DNA from: Nanobdellota archaeon
Lineage (GTDB): Archaea > Nanobdellota > Nanobdellia > Parvarchaeales > Parvarchaeaceae
Direction: 5' to 3'
Length of the DNA stretch: 48,187 nucleotides
NCBI GenBank assembly: GCA_021802505.1
Contig: JAJZXE010000004.1
Span: 1 to 48,187, forward strand
In this document: positions 25,974 through 35,221 of the stretch, piece after piece
Numbering within the stretch: position 1 is the first letter of the stretch
Layout: the number at the start of each line of letters is the position of its first letter
The notes under the pieces: model-generated
The model's database searches: none
What the model was told of the DNA's origin: nothing
What the model saw: only the letters and a program-made list of their open reading frames with translations
Program-made: the position numbers and the translations under genes

Positions 25974-26322
25974 CATATTAGTTGACACAAACATACTGGT
26001 TTATTGTTTTGACAGGAAAATCGATTTAGAACGGGTTCTTGATGATTTTTTGCAGCAGGGTTTCTCGCTTTTGACCCTGAAAAAGTGCATGGATGAACTT
26101 CTTGCAATAAAAAGAAAGGATGTAGAGAGCTTTTTTAGCTCCTATAAAATAAATATCATGGATTTTAACGTGGGTAAAAACACGGATGATACAATAATCG
26201 ATTTCTGCAGAAGGAATGGATGCGTTGTCTTTACGGAGGACAGAAATTTAATCGCAAGGACAAAAGGCCTCGGTGTAAAAACCATCAGTTTTCGCGGCAA
26301 AACCCTAAAGTTCAATCCATAA
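25966..26322 (+). CDS. PIN-domain protein (conserved archaeal Fcf1/COG1412-like context)
   Basis: MTDILVDTNILVY...FTEDRNL. 8-nt overlap with eif2g. Confidence 0.75.
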   Translation: MTDILVDTNILVYCFDRKIDLERVLDDFLQQGFSLLTLKKCMDELLAIKRKDVESFFSSYKINIMDFNVGKNTDDTIIDFCRRNGCVVFTEDRNLIARTKGLGVKTISFRGKTLKFNP

Positions 26323-26383
26323 TCTAAGTTTTTTGATAAGGGATACAAATGCTTATATATCTACAACTGCAGAAAATAAGATT

Positions 26384-26656
26384 ATGGAAAATGATATCAT
26401 CTTTGTGGGCAAGAAGCCCATAATGTCGTATGTCATGGCTATACTCACACACCTGAATTCAGGCAACAATCAGGTGATAATAAAAGCAAGAGGCTCCACA
26501 ATCTCGGCGGCCGTTGATATCTCGCAGGTGACAATGCATAAATTTATGAAGGATCTTAAGATATCCAATCTGGAGATAGGAACAGAGGAGCTTTCTGATA
26601 AGGATGGAAAGAAAAGAAACGTTTCTTTCATATCCATAGAAATGAAGAGGCAGTAA
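26384..26656 (+). CDS. albA: DNA/RNA-binding protein Alba
   Basis: IIFVGKKPIMSYVMAILTHLNSG..VIIKARGSTISAAVD matches Alba/Sac10b. Internal ATG 26384 is preferred to the ORF-track start at 26333. Confidence 0.85.
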   Translation: MENDIIFVGKKPIMSYVMAILTHLNSGNNQVIIKARGSTISAAVDISQVTMHKFMKDLKISNLEIGTEELSDKDGKKRNVSFISIEMKRQ

Positions 26657-27300
26657 TGATAAAGGAAAATGATTTTGTAATGATAAATTTTGTCGGGAGA
26701 ATAACAGCCACCAATCAGATATTTGATTTGACCGACAAGAGCGTAGCGGAGAAGGAAAATATAAAAGGGGATTACAATTTTTCCCCGGTTCTTGTAATTC
26801 CTGGCGGCAATTACGTGCTTAAAGCGGTCTCCGATTCTCTTTTAAATAAAAACATCGGCGATAAATATGAGGTTACGGTTGCTCCGAAGGACGGCTTCGG
26901 AGAATTCGATAGGAAACTTATAAAGACCTATGGTCTTTCGGTATTCAGGGGCAACAATATAAATCCCTCTGTCGGAGACATGATAATGCTTGATGACAGG
27001 ATGGCGACCGTACTCGCGATAAACAGCGGAAGGGTCCTTGTGAGTTATAATCATCCGCTTGCCGGCAAGGAATTAAAATACAGCATTGAGGTTCTTTCCA
27101 TAATAGAAGACAATAAAGATAAGTGCTCCGCAATATTTGAGCATTACACCGGTAAAAAACCGGATTCCGTCGAGATTCAGGGCGATTCAGTCAAGTTTAC
27201 TGCAAAAGACGACATAAAGAGCTATATTAAAGACGGTATCTCACAGGACATTAAAAAATACATAAACGACAAGTTTACTGTAGAGATCATAAAACAATAG
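26656..27300 (+). CDS. FKBP-type peptidyl-prolyl cis-trans isomerase (SlyD-like, with insert-in-flap domain)
   Basis: DFVMINFVGRI... and ...VSYNHPLAGKELKYSIEV. TAATG overlap with albA. Confidence 0.85.
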   Translation: MIKENDFVMINFVGRITATNQIFDLTDKSVAEKENIKGDYNFSPVLVIPGGNYVLKAVSDSLLNKNIGDKYEVTVAPKDGFGEFDRKLIKTYGLSVFRGNNINPSVGDMIMLDDRMATVLAINSGRVLVSYNHPLAGKELKYSIEVLSIIEDNKDKCSAIFEHYTGKKPDSVEIQGDSVKFTAKDDIKSYIKDGISQDIKKYINDKFTVEIIKQ

Positions 27301-27334
27301 AGGTTATTTAAACTGTATCTTCATAATATCCATT

Positions 27335-27697
27335 ATGATTGACATCATAAGTGTGATATATCTTCTGGTCGGAATTGTGGGTTTTATAGGAGCCTTCTTT
27401 GCTATTTCTATAGTCAGGATCCTGATAAAACATAAGAGAGACAATGCGCCTCTGACGATTTTTATGCTTAACCCGACCGAGTCCCAAAAAAACATAATGC
27501 TTTTTAGGTATCCCGCAATAATGCTTTTGTTGACCGGGATTGCGACAATTATGCAGAGATTTGTCGGTACTCCTACTTTGAATAATTTTATATTTGCAGT
27601 ATTCTTCTATCTTTCGTATATCTTTGGGCTTGTTACCATATTAGTTTTCGTTTTCGTTATCTACAGCTGGTATAGACAGATGAAGAGGTTTGCATGA
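27335..27697 (+). CDS. hypothetical polytopic membrane protein
   Basis: 120 aa with hydrophobic segments. 4-nt overlap with the next ORF. Confidence 0.4.
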   Translation: MIDIISVIYLLVGIVGFIGAFFAISIVRILIKHKRDNAPLTIFMLNPTESQKNIMLFRYPAIMLLLTGIATIMQRFVGTPTLNNFIFAVFFYLSYIFGLVTILVFVFVIYSWYRQMKRFA

Positions 27698-28023
27698 TAC
27701 TTTCTTTTTTCAGCAGCAGCTTTGATGCATACTACAGGGTTATAAGTTTTCTGCTGAATGCGGTTGCATTTTCATTCTTTTTTTACGGGATATACACGCT
27801 GAAAAAATCGCCCAAGGAATTTCTGGCAAAGTTGTTTGTAAATCACAGGAGAACTGTCATATCTTTCTTTCTATTAGCGCTGTCTGCAGTCTTTATAGCA
27901 ATCGGTTATATTCTTACAGGTTTAATCTCAATTTCTAATCCCGGCACAATAATTTGGGAATATACAAATTTACTTGCTTACTCTGCATTGGCAGTCTTCT
28001 CGATAATTTTCTTTGTCAGGTAG
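27694..28023 (+). CDS. hypothetical polytopic membrane protein
   Basis: 109 aa with hydrophobic segments. Translationally coupled to the upstream ORF. Confidence 0.4.
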   Translation: MILSFFSSSFDAYYRVISFLLNAVAFSFFFYGIYTLKKSPKEFLAKLFVNHRRTVISFFLLALSAVFIAIGYILTGLISISNPGTIIWEYTNLLAYSALAVFSIIFFVR

Positions 28024-28118
28024 GAAAACGCTGCCTCTGCCTAATTTTCTGTTTCTATACCGGAGTTAACCTATTTATTTATATATTGGCTGAAACTATT
28101 AATTCATTGAGGTAAATT

Positions 28119-29246
28119 ATGGATGATATGCAAACGGATAATTCACTTAGCTTAGGAATAAAAAGCGCGAAGTTTGATGCAAGCAAGACAAAGGAATTTG
28201 ATAAGTCTCTTGAGGAATTGATAGCATCAAGAAGGGCAAATATCAAAGTGGTAGGAGTGGGCGGATCGGGTAATAATACCCTCAGCAGAATGTTTGAAGT
28301 GGGGATAAAGGGCGCAGAATTTATAGCCGTAAACACGGACGCAGCTGATTTATTATGCACACCCTCCGACAAAAAGATACTCATAGGAAAGGAACTTACA
28401 AACGGACTGGGTGCGGGCGCAGACCCGTCTGTTGGTGAAGCCGCTGCAAAGGAACAGGAGCAGGAGATAAAGGAAGCATTGCAGGGCGCAGACCTTGTCT
28501 TTATCTGCTGCGGTATGGGGGGAGGAACGGGTACCGGTGCTGCTCCGATAACCGCTGCCGTCGCAAAGAAATTGAATGCTCTTACCATCGCGGTTGTAAC
28601 CCTGCCGTTCAAGGCTGAAGGAAAAAGAAGGATGAACGCCGCTTTAAACGGGGTAGAAAAATTAAAAAATACTGTTGATACTCTTATAACGGTTCCAAAT
28701 GAAAAGCTCATGGCGATAGCGCCGGGGCTGCCTTTACCAATCGCTTTAAAGATAGCAGATGACGTCCTTACGAACGCGGTAAAAGGTATAACGGAGCTTA
28801 TAACAAAACCGGGACTGATAAACGTCGACTTTGCCGATGTTAAAAGAATAATGTCGAACGGCGGAGTTGCTCTTATAGGGACAGGAGAAAGCGATGCGAA
28901 GGACAAAAAACTTGAGACCGTAGTTGAAAAAGTATTGAACAATCCTCTGATAGATGTTGATGTATCCTCTGCAAGAGGCATGCTTATCGATGTCAGCGGC
29001 GGGCCGTCATTGACGCTGGAAGAGGCAAACAAACTAGTCGATCTTATAGGCCAGAAATTACCTGAGGATATAAACATAATATGGGGCGCACATATATTCC
29101 CGGATCTTAAAAACACTGTAAAGGTTCTTGCCATAATAACGGGAGTAACCTCAAAACAGATAAGCGGTAAATCAATCGCCGAGGATCAGCAGCTCAAGGA
29201 GAAAAGAGAGGTAGAGGACGAGCTCGGCATAACTTTCCTGAGTTAA
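28119..29246 (+). CDS. ftsZ: cell division GTPase FtsZ (paralog 2)
   Basis: IKVVGVGGSGNN and GGGTGTGAAP. 375 aa. Followed by secE, as in the conserved euryarchaeal arrangement. Confidence 0.95.
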   Translation: MDDMQTDNSLSLGIKSAKFDASKTKEFDKSLEELIASRRANIKVVGVGGSGNNTLSRMFEVGIKGAEFIAVNTDAADLLCTPSDKKILIGKELTNGLGAGADPSVGEAAAKEQEQEIKEALQGADLVFICCGMGGGTGTGAAPITAAVAKKLNALTIAVVTLPFKAEGKRRMNAALNGVEKLKNTVDTLITVPNEKLMAIAPGLPLPIALKIADDVLTNAVKGITELITKPGLINVDFADVKRIMSNGGVALIGTGESDAKDKKLETVVEKVLNNPLIDVDVSSARGMLIDVSGGPSLTLEEANKLVDLIGQKLPEDINIIWGAHIFPDLKNTVKVLAIITGVTSKQISGKSIAEDQQLKEKREVEDELGITFLS

Positions 29247-29250
29247 TTTT

Positions 29251-29688
29251 ATGGAAGAAAATAAGAGTCTGGCGGACGCTAATTCTGTTGTGATACCTGA
29301 AAAAAAGGAAGAAGTTCCTGACAAATCTGCTGCTGCACCTGCAGCCGTTCAGACAAAGCCGCAGGATAATTCTTCTGATAAAATAAAAAAGACGCAGGAG
29401 ATGGATAAAGTCCAGCCCAAAACTCAGAATATTAGCGGCAATGAACAGCACAAGGTAAAGAAGAGAAGATTTCACTTATATCACGTTAAAAATGCGCTTA
29501 AAAAAGCGCATCCTATGAACATAAAGGCAAAACTTGGACATTACAGGTTTGAATACAGCAGGATACTGCACCTGGCAAGAAAACCCACGAAACAGGAATT
29601 CAAGGAGCTTTCTATAATGGTTATAATAGGTACTTTTATAATAGGCACGCTCGGTTTTATTATACAGATGATAATTCAGTATATATAA
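29251..29688 (+). CDS. secE: protein translocase subunit SecE/Sec61-gamma with an N-terminal low-complexity extension (alternative start ATG 29515)
   Basis: The C-terminal 57 aa (...YSRILHLARKPTKQEFKELSIMVIIGTFIIGTLGFIIQ...) match archaeal SecE. The long form starts 4 nt after the ftsZ2 stop. Confidence 0.7.
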   Translation: MEENKSLADANSVVIPEKKEEVPDKSAAAPAAVQTKPQDNSSDKIKKTQEMDKVQPKTQNISGNEQHKVKKRRFHLYHVKNALKKAHPMNIKAKLGHYRFEYSRILHLARKPTKQEFKELSIMVIIGTFIIGTLGFIIQMIIQYI

Positions 29689-29771
29689 ATTTGAAGCGGA
29701 GTTTCTGTTATAATTAAATAGTTTAAGCTGCTTTATTATTAAATGAAGTTGCACTGTCAGAGGCCGTTTTT

Positions 29772-30257
29772 ATGAGGGAAAATGCAAGCGTTTCGGTTGA
29801 TAAAAACGTACTTAATATCGTTGATCTGTTTAGAGGAGAGACGCCGAGGATGAAATTTATAAATGATTCAATAAAAAGGGGATTGGGTCTGTTTGAAGCC
29901 GTCTGGATATTCAAGAGGGAACTTATGGAGATAAGTGTCAGCAGTAAGATCATTGCCAGAGTGGGGAGAAGTTCGATGAAACCCATTCATAAACACTCGG
30001 GTTTTCTTGAAATAACGCAGGAAAGCATAGAATTTTACAGCAAAAAACTTGATAAGCCGATAATGGTGGTTGAAAAGAGGTCAATATCCAGCATATCCGT
30101 AGGTTATGACAGGCTTTTTAAGCAATCGTTTTATCCATATTCCCCGCCTCTCAAATTTATTTTTGATGGCAGAACAGTATATCTTTTTTTGAGACTGCCC
30201 GGAGAAAAGAAATTCCGCGGCGATGACAAGCTTTTTATCGGGTTGTTAAGCGATTAA
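29772..30257 (+). CDS. hypothetical protein
   Basis: 161-aa ORF ending 1 nt before the ATPase gene. No motif recognised. Confidence 0.4.
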   Translation: MRENASVSVDKNVLNIVDLFRGETPRMKFINDSIKRGLGLFEAVWIFKRELMEISVSSKIIARVGRSSMKPIHKHSGFLEITQESIEFYSKKLDKPIMVVEKRSISSISVGYDRLFKQSFYPYSPPLKFIFDGRTVYLFLRLPGEKKFRGDDKLFIGLLSD

Positions 30258-30258
30258 T

Positions 30259-32676
30259 ATGAAAGATCCGGGCGGAAAAATAAATAAAGAGGAAGAATTT
30301 AAGAAAGTCTCTTCGAGTAAGAACGGTCTGTCGCAAAGGGAAGCAGACAAAAGATTAGAGCAGTACGGTTACAATGAAATTGCGGATAAAAAAGCGAATC
30401 CCGTTAAAAAATTCCTTTCAAAGTTCTACGGCCCCATACCGATAATGCTTTTCATTGTGATAGCCCTGTCGTTTTTTCTGGGAAAATACATAGATGCGTA
30501 CATAGTCATAGGTCTTTTGCTTTTTAACGGCATAGCCGGTTTTCTCGAGGAATTCAAAGCGGACAATACACTCGAACTGCTGAAAAACAGGCTGTCTGTT
30601 AACGTCAATGTGGAAAGAGACGGTAACTGGAAAAAAATGCCGGCAAAATTCCTTGTACCGGGGGATGTCATAAGGGTAAGGCTTGGTGACATAGTTCCTG
30701 CGGATTGTCTCATCATCGAGGGAGATTATCTTTCGGTGGACCAATCAATGCTTACCGGGGAATCCCTGCCGGTCGATAAAAAGGAAGGAGAAATTATATT
30801 CTCCTCCTCAACGGTAAGGGAAGGAGAAGCGACCGCACTGGTGCTGAAGACCGGAAACAAAACCTCGTTCGGAAAAACAGCGGATCTGGTCAGGATCGCC
30901 TCCGGCAGAATACACTTGGAGGATGACATACTGCGCCTGATAAAATACCTTATCTACATTGATCTTGCACTCATAGCTGTTGTTTTCATTGTTTCATTTC
31001 TTTCAGACATCAGCATCCTTACCATAATACCATTTTCTCTTTTGATCCTTTTGGCATCAGTACCAGTAGCCTTGCCCGCCGCCTTTACGGTCGCGATGGC
31101 TTACGGAACCGAAAGGCTTTCTTCAAAGAACATACTCGTGACCAAGCTGGAAGCCATTGAGGAGGCATCTACTATGAATGTCGTGTGTCTGGATAAAACA
31201 GGGACTATCACCGGCAACCAGCTGTCGGTTTCCGAGCCTTTTAACTACGGTAAATTCTCCAGGGAGGAAGTCCTGTTTTACGGCGCTATCGCATCAAGAA
31301 GGGAGGATAACGATGAGATAGACACCGCGATAATAGACGGATTTAAGAAATATGACAGCAAAAAACTGGAATCAGGATATAAACTCGTGAAATTCATACC
31401 TTTTAGCCCAGCCACAAAGCTTTCGCAGGCCGACGTCGTATTAAACGGTAAAAAGATATCAGCGATAAAAGGTTTCCCTTCAATAGTAATGAAGAGATGC
31501 ACATTAGATTCCGGCGAAACAAAGAAAATAAACGCGAAGATAAAGGAATTCTCCATAAAGGGTTTCCGTACGATCGCTGTCGCCGCTAAATTAAGCGGTA
31601 AGAAGGACTGGTCTTTCATCGGTGTAATACCATTAAATGACAAGCCGAGAGAAGACAGTAAACAGCTTATAGAGGAGTTAAAGTCGCTGGGCATAAAGGT
31701 AAAAATGCTTACGGGTGACAACATAGATACGGCGAAAGAGGTAGCCACCGAAGTAGGAATAGGGGATAAGATCTTGGATGTGAAATCTCTGGAAGGGCTG
31801 GATGAAAAGACCATGTCAAAGCTTGTGATAGAGCACGACGGCTTTGCCGGTATTTTTCCCAAGGATAAATACACCATAGTGAAGGCTCTGCAGGATTCGG
31901 GTTATCACGTCGGGATGACTGGTGACGGGGTCAATGATGCACCGGCTTTGAAACAGGCCGAAGTCGGTATCGCCGTCTCCAATGCCACTGATGTTGCAAA
32001 GAGTGCCGCGACCATCGTTCTGACGTCTGCAGGAATAGAGCCGATAGTCAATGCGGTGAGGGAGAGCAGGTCAATATTCGAGAGGATGATAAGCTACACC
32101 TTAAACAAAGTTACCAGGATATTCCAGATAGCTTTTTTTCTTTCCGTAGCTTTTGTTATTTTAAGGTTTCTTCCTATTAGGACTATCCAGCTTATTTTAA
32201 TGATATTTATAAACGATATCGGCAGCATCACTCTCTCTACAGACAAAGAAAGCTATTCCAAGAAACCGGACACGTGGGACATAAAAGCCATACTCTACGC
32301 AGCCGCGATATTCGGCATAATGGCGATAGCCGAGGTAGCAGTGCTTGCTTATCTGGGATTAAGCTATTTCCACCTGAGTCATACGGAATTTGAGACATTT
32401 ATGTTCGCCGCATTTATCTTTTCAATAGAAGCACTGCTTCTGTCAATACGTTCCAGGAGGAGATTTTTCCACTCAAGGCCGAGCATTCCGGTCATGATGC
32501 AGATAGTATCCGCCGTCGCAATAACCTGGGTAATAGCAAATTTCGGGATTCTGATGCAGAGTATAAGCAGTTATTACCTGATTTTCATAGGCGTGTTCGC
32601 GGTGGCATTTCTTCTGGTAACCGATCTTGTAAAAGTCTTCCTATACAAAAAGGACAAGGAATTCTCCCTTCTTTAA
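30259..32676 (+). CDS. P-type ATPase, plasma-membrane H+-ATPase-like (type III)
   Basis: CLDKTGTITGN, MLTGDN, MTGDGVNDAPALKQAEVGIAV, and N-terminal GLSQREADKRLEQYGYNEI. Confidence 0.93.
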   Translation: MKDPGGKINKEEEFKKVSSSKNGLSQREADKRLEQYGYNEIADKKANPVKKFLSKFYGPIPIMLFIVIALSFFLGKYIDAYIVIGLLLFNGIAGFLEEFKADNTLELLKNRLSVNVNVERDGNWKKMPAKFLVPGDVIRVRLGDIVPADCLIIEGDYLSVDQSMLTGESLPVDKKEGEIIFSSSTVREGEATALVLKTGNKTSFGKTADLVRIASGRIHLEDDILRLIKYLIYIDLALIAVVFIVSFLSDISILTIIPFSLLILLASVPVALPAAFTVAMAYGTERLSSKNILVTKLEAIEEASTMNVVCLDKTGTITGNQLSVSEPFNYGKFSREEVLFYGAIASRREDNDEIDTAIIDGFKKYDSKKLESGYKLVKFIPFSPATKLSQADVVLNGKKISAIKGFPSIVMKRCTLDSGETKKINAKIKEFSIKGFRTIAVAAKLSGKKDWSFIGVIPLNDKPREDSKQLIEELKSLGIKVKMLTGDNIDTAKEVATEVGIGDKILDVKSLEGLDEKTMSKLVIEHDGFAGIFPKDKYTIVKALQDSGYHVGMTGDGVNDAPALKQAEVGIAVSNATDVAKSAATIVLTSAGIEPIVNAVRESRSIFERMISYTLNKVTRIFQIAFFLSVAFVILRFLPIRTIQLILMIFINDIGSITLSTDKESYSKKPDTWDIKAILYAAAIFGIMAIAEVAVLAYLGLSYFHLSHTEFETFMFAAFIFSIEALLLSIRSRRRFFHSRPSIPVMMQIVSAVAITWVIANFGILMQSISSYYLIFIGVFAVAFLLVTDLVKVFLYKKDKEFSLL

Positions 32677-32682
32677 TTCTAC

Positions 32683-33507
32683 ATGAAACTTAAAAATCAC
32701 ACCATATTCATTATTTCTTTTCTGCTTTCCTTCCTGGTTTATTTCTTCCTTCACGGATTTGAATATGTTTATTATGCCGCTGTTATCGGTGTTTTTTCTT
32801 CCTTTTTGCTTATTTCATACACTTCAAAAAAATATTATTTTTATTGTGCATTTGCAGTAATCCTGGCGTTCATTTTTTTAAATTTGATGCCGCTGCATTT
32901 TTTACTTCAGTTGCTTTCTTTGAGTTTGTTGGTCCAGGCTCTTTTTATAAAAAAATTATCCGTAAAAACTCTGCATCTCAACAGGGAAATAGAACTAAGA
33001 AGGGATCTGGTTCAGATAATAATCGGGGGGATATCCCTTTTAGTGCTGTTTCTGCTTGACCGATTACCGCTTGTCCTGCTTGTTTTGTTTGGTATGTTAT
33101 CCGCGCACGTAATGCTTGTTTATGGCGGGAAGCTAAATAAATTTACCGAGCTGCTGGAAAGAGAGGGGGTGATCTTCGGCTCCGGCGCCATGTTTATGGC
33201 GGTGGGTTCTCTTCTTTTATTGGGTTTTATAACCCGGTTTAATCTTCTTTTTCTCGGCCTGTTTGCCCTTCTTATCTCCGATCCGGTGGCGACGGTTGCC
33301 GGTTTAAGCGGGGGCAAAAAACCGGGTAAGAAGTCGATAGCAGGCAGCGCCGCATTTTTTGCATCCTTAGCCATTCCAGGTGTGCTGTTGTTCGGTTTAT
33401 TCGGTGCATTATTCGCATTTGTACTCACGCTCGCGGAACGCTTTAGTCCCATAGACGATAACCTGTTCATTCCCATTGTTTCGCTTCTTCTCTCCCTTAC
33501 AGTGTAG
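32683..33507 (+). CDS. polytopic membrane protein, dolichol/phytol kinase-like (CTP_transf_1-like)
   Basis: SDPVATVAGLSGGKKPGKKSIAGSAAFF resembles the GDxxAxxxG...K(S/T)xEG motif of dolichol kinase and CDS-family enzymes. Confidence 0.45.
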   Translation: MKLKNHTIFIISFLLSFLVYFFLHGFEYVYYAAVIGVFSSFLLISYTSKKYYFYCAFAVILAFIFLNLMPLHFLLQLLSLSLLVQALFIKKLSVKTLHLNREIELRRDLVQIIIGGISLLVLFLLDRLPLVLLVLFGMLSAHVMLVYGGKLNKFTELLEREGVIFGSGAMFMAVGSLLLLGFITRFNLLFLGLFALLISDPVATVAGLSGGKKPGKKSIAGSAAFFASLAIPGVLLFGLFGALFAFVLTLAERFSPIDDNLFIPIVSLLLSLTV

Positions 33508-33537
33508 TTTAAATATTACGGCAACAATATAAAGCAA

Positions 33538-34173
33538 ATGTCGGGATTATTTGCGAGCGAAGTCTTCATAGAGTTTTCCACACTGCTGATACTCGCTTTA
33601 ACCGTTCCGTTAGCCGCATTAATGACCTACAAATCTTTTAAGAAAAAAGGAAAAAGCCAGTTTTACTGGTCCGTAGGACTGTGGCTGTTTACGGCGGGTG
33701 TTCTTTTGGAGGTGTTTTTCTCGTTCAACATATACAATGCGGTACTTATTAAAATTTACCTTGCAGCGGTTGCGTTTCTCGTGAGTTTTCTTGCATTGGG
33801 TTCCGTATCGCTTCTTAAAAACAGGCTGTTTTACAGTTATTACGGCGTATTTTTTATTCTTTCAGGGATATTTGTCGTTTACTCGTTGATTGTTTCCAAT
33901 ATCGGAAACATACTTACAAATTACGTCGTATTCGGCATTTTACCGCTGCTGGTCGTGATATCCTCCTCAATAATGACATTTCCCGCAGCAATAATCCTTA
34001 TATTGGTAGCGGCGCTTTCATACAGAAAAAAACCGAATAAAAAAATGCTGTCTATAATAGCAGGAGTCATAATAGTCAGCATAGCCGGCTCTCTTTACAT
34101 TGCGCATTTTCCCGCATTTTTGTACTATTCCGAGTTCATAGGTATTTTACTGCTTTGGCTCGGTTTTATTTAA
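33538..34173 (+). CDS. hypothetical polytopic membrane protein
   Basis: 211 aa with multiple hydrophobic helices. Confidence 0.4.
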   Translation: MSGLFASEVFIEFSTLLILALTVPLAALMTYKSFKKKGKSQFYWSVGLWLFTAGVLLEVFFSFNIYNAVLIKIYLAAVAFLVSFLALGSVSLLKNRLFYSYYGVFFILSGIFVVYSLIVSNIGNILTNYVVFGILPLLVVISSSIMTFPAAIILILVAALSYRKKPNKKMLSIIAGVIIVSIAGSLYIAHFPAFLYYSEFIGILLLWLGFI

Positions 34174-34227
34174 TCATCTAAGGAATAGTGACGGCTAGGG
34201 CATGTATTTAAACGGTTGCAGTTTTAA

Positions 34228-35118
34228 ATGTATATGAATAAATTGCTGCCCGCCGTTATTGCCCTAATAATTGTAATAACGATCGTAGGTTTTCTTTTTT
34301 ATGGCAAGCTGTATCCGAGCAGTGCAGCACCGTCTGTCTCATCTCAAGCTTTTACCTCGCCTTCTAATTTCTCGCAGCTGTACAGTGCAGCCGGCAATGT
34401 ATATAACTCCTCACAATCTTTCAATCTTACCTATAAAGTTACCGTAATTTCTAAGCCTGTTTTCAACTTTACAAATGCAAGTTTCACTATTGCAAAATAT
34501 GGCAACTTTTTCAGGGCCGATCTTGCATATTCCGAAGGGATACCTATCAATGAATCTTTTATACCTGGCGTTCCGCTAAAGCTGATAGTTGCATCTACAA
34601 CCATCTATAAGCTAGCATCGTTACTAGCATGTCATAGAGAGCAGATTTCAAACATCTCGCCAGTCAACAGTACAATACTTTCAAAAATAGATACAATGAA
34701 TTCCTATCCGTCGGCGGTAGGTTGTAATACAGTAACTGTACCGTCCAATATATCTTCTTTTGAACTGGCGGATTCGATAGCAATGGTACCAATAGCTACG
34801 GGTTCTTTTAGTAATGTGTCAATGAATAGTATTACCTCGCCGGCTGAAGCATTTGACGAGTCAAAAATAGTGTTTTCTGGCAAAAAAAGCATAGCCGGCA
34901 ATGAATGTTATGAGGAGAATATGCAAAATTCAAGTGCTTCCGGGAATATTACACTTGATTTGTGTATCTCACCCCAATACGGTCTGCCGTTATCTACTGT
35001 TATAAGCGAAAAAAATATCTATACAAATAGCACTACATACATGGGTGTTGTACTGTCTTCAGTGAACTCCGTTCCTTCATCAGCCTCAAGTATCACTGCT
35101 AATCCTAGTAATAGCTGA
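34228..35118 (+). CDS. membrane-anchored Ser/Asn-rich extracellular protein (hypothetical glycoprotein)
   Basis: N-terminal TM helix followed by many N-x-S/T sequons (NFS, NSS, NLT, NFT, NAS, NES, NIS, NST, NVS, NSS, NIT). Confidence 0.45.
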   Translation: MYMNKLLPAVIALIIVITIVGFLFYGKLYPSSAAPSVSSQAFTSPSNFSQLYSAAGNVYNSSQSFNLTYKVTVISKPVFNFTNASFTIAKYGNFFRADLAYSEGIPINESFIPGVPLKLIVASTTIYKLASLLACHREQISNISPVNSTILSKIDTMNSYPSAVGCNTVTVPSNISSFELADSIAMVPIATGSFSNVSMNSITSPAEAFDESKIVFSGKKSIAGNECYEENMQNSSASGNITLDLCISPQYGLPLSTVISEKNIYTNSTTYMGVVLSSVNSVPSSASSITANPSNS

Positions 35119-35221
35119 AGATTTCTTTTTTAACTGTCCTGCATTCGGTTGCCGTCATATTTGTGCTAAAACCAGGATATTTCACAGGAAAAATATAAAA
35201 AGGGGGAGAAAGTTAAATTAA

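Noticed and set aside
25966-26322. PIN-domain protein considered as a VapC-type toxin
   Set aside because: There is no adjacent antitoxin-sized ORF. The gene overlaps eif2g and sits in the conserved archaeal information-processing cluster. That fits the housekeeping Fcf1/COG1412-type PIN protein rather than a toxin-antitoxin module.
28079-29134. 351-aa ORF antisense to ftsZ2
   Set aside because: Same reasoning as for ftsZ1. It is striking in an AT-rich genome, but it is explained by the Gly/Ala/Val-rich codon content of FtsZ. There is no independent signal for expression.
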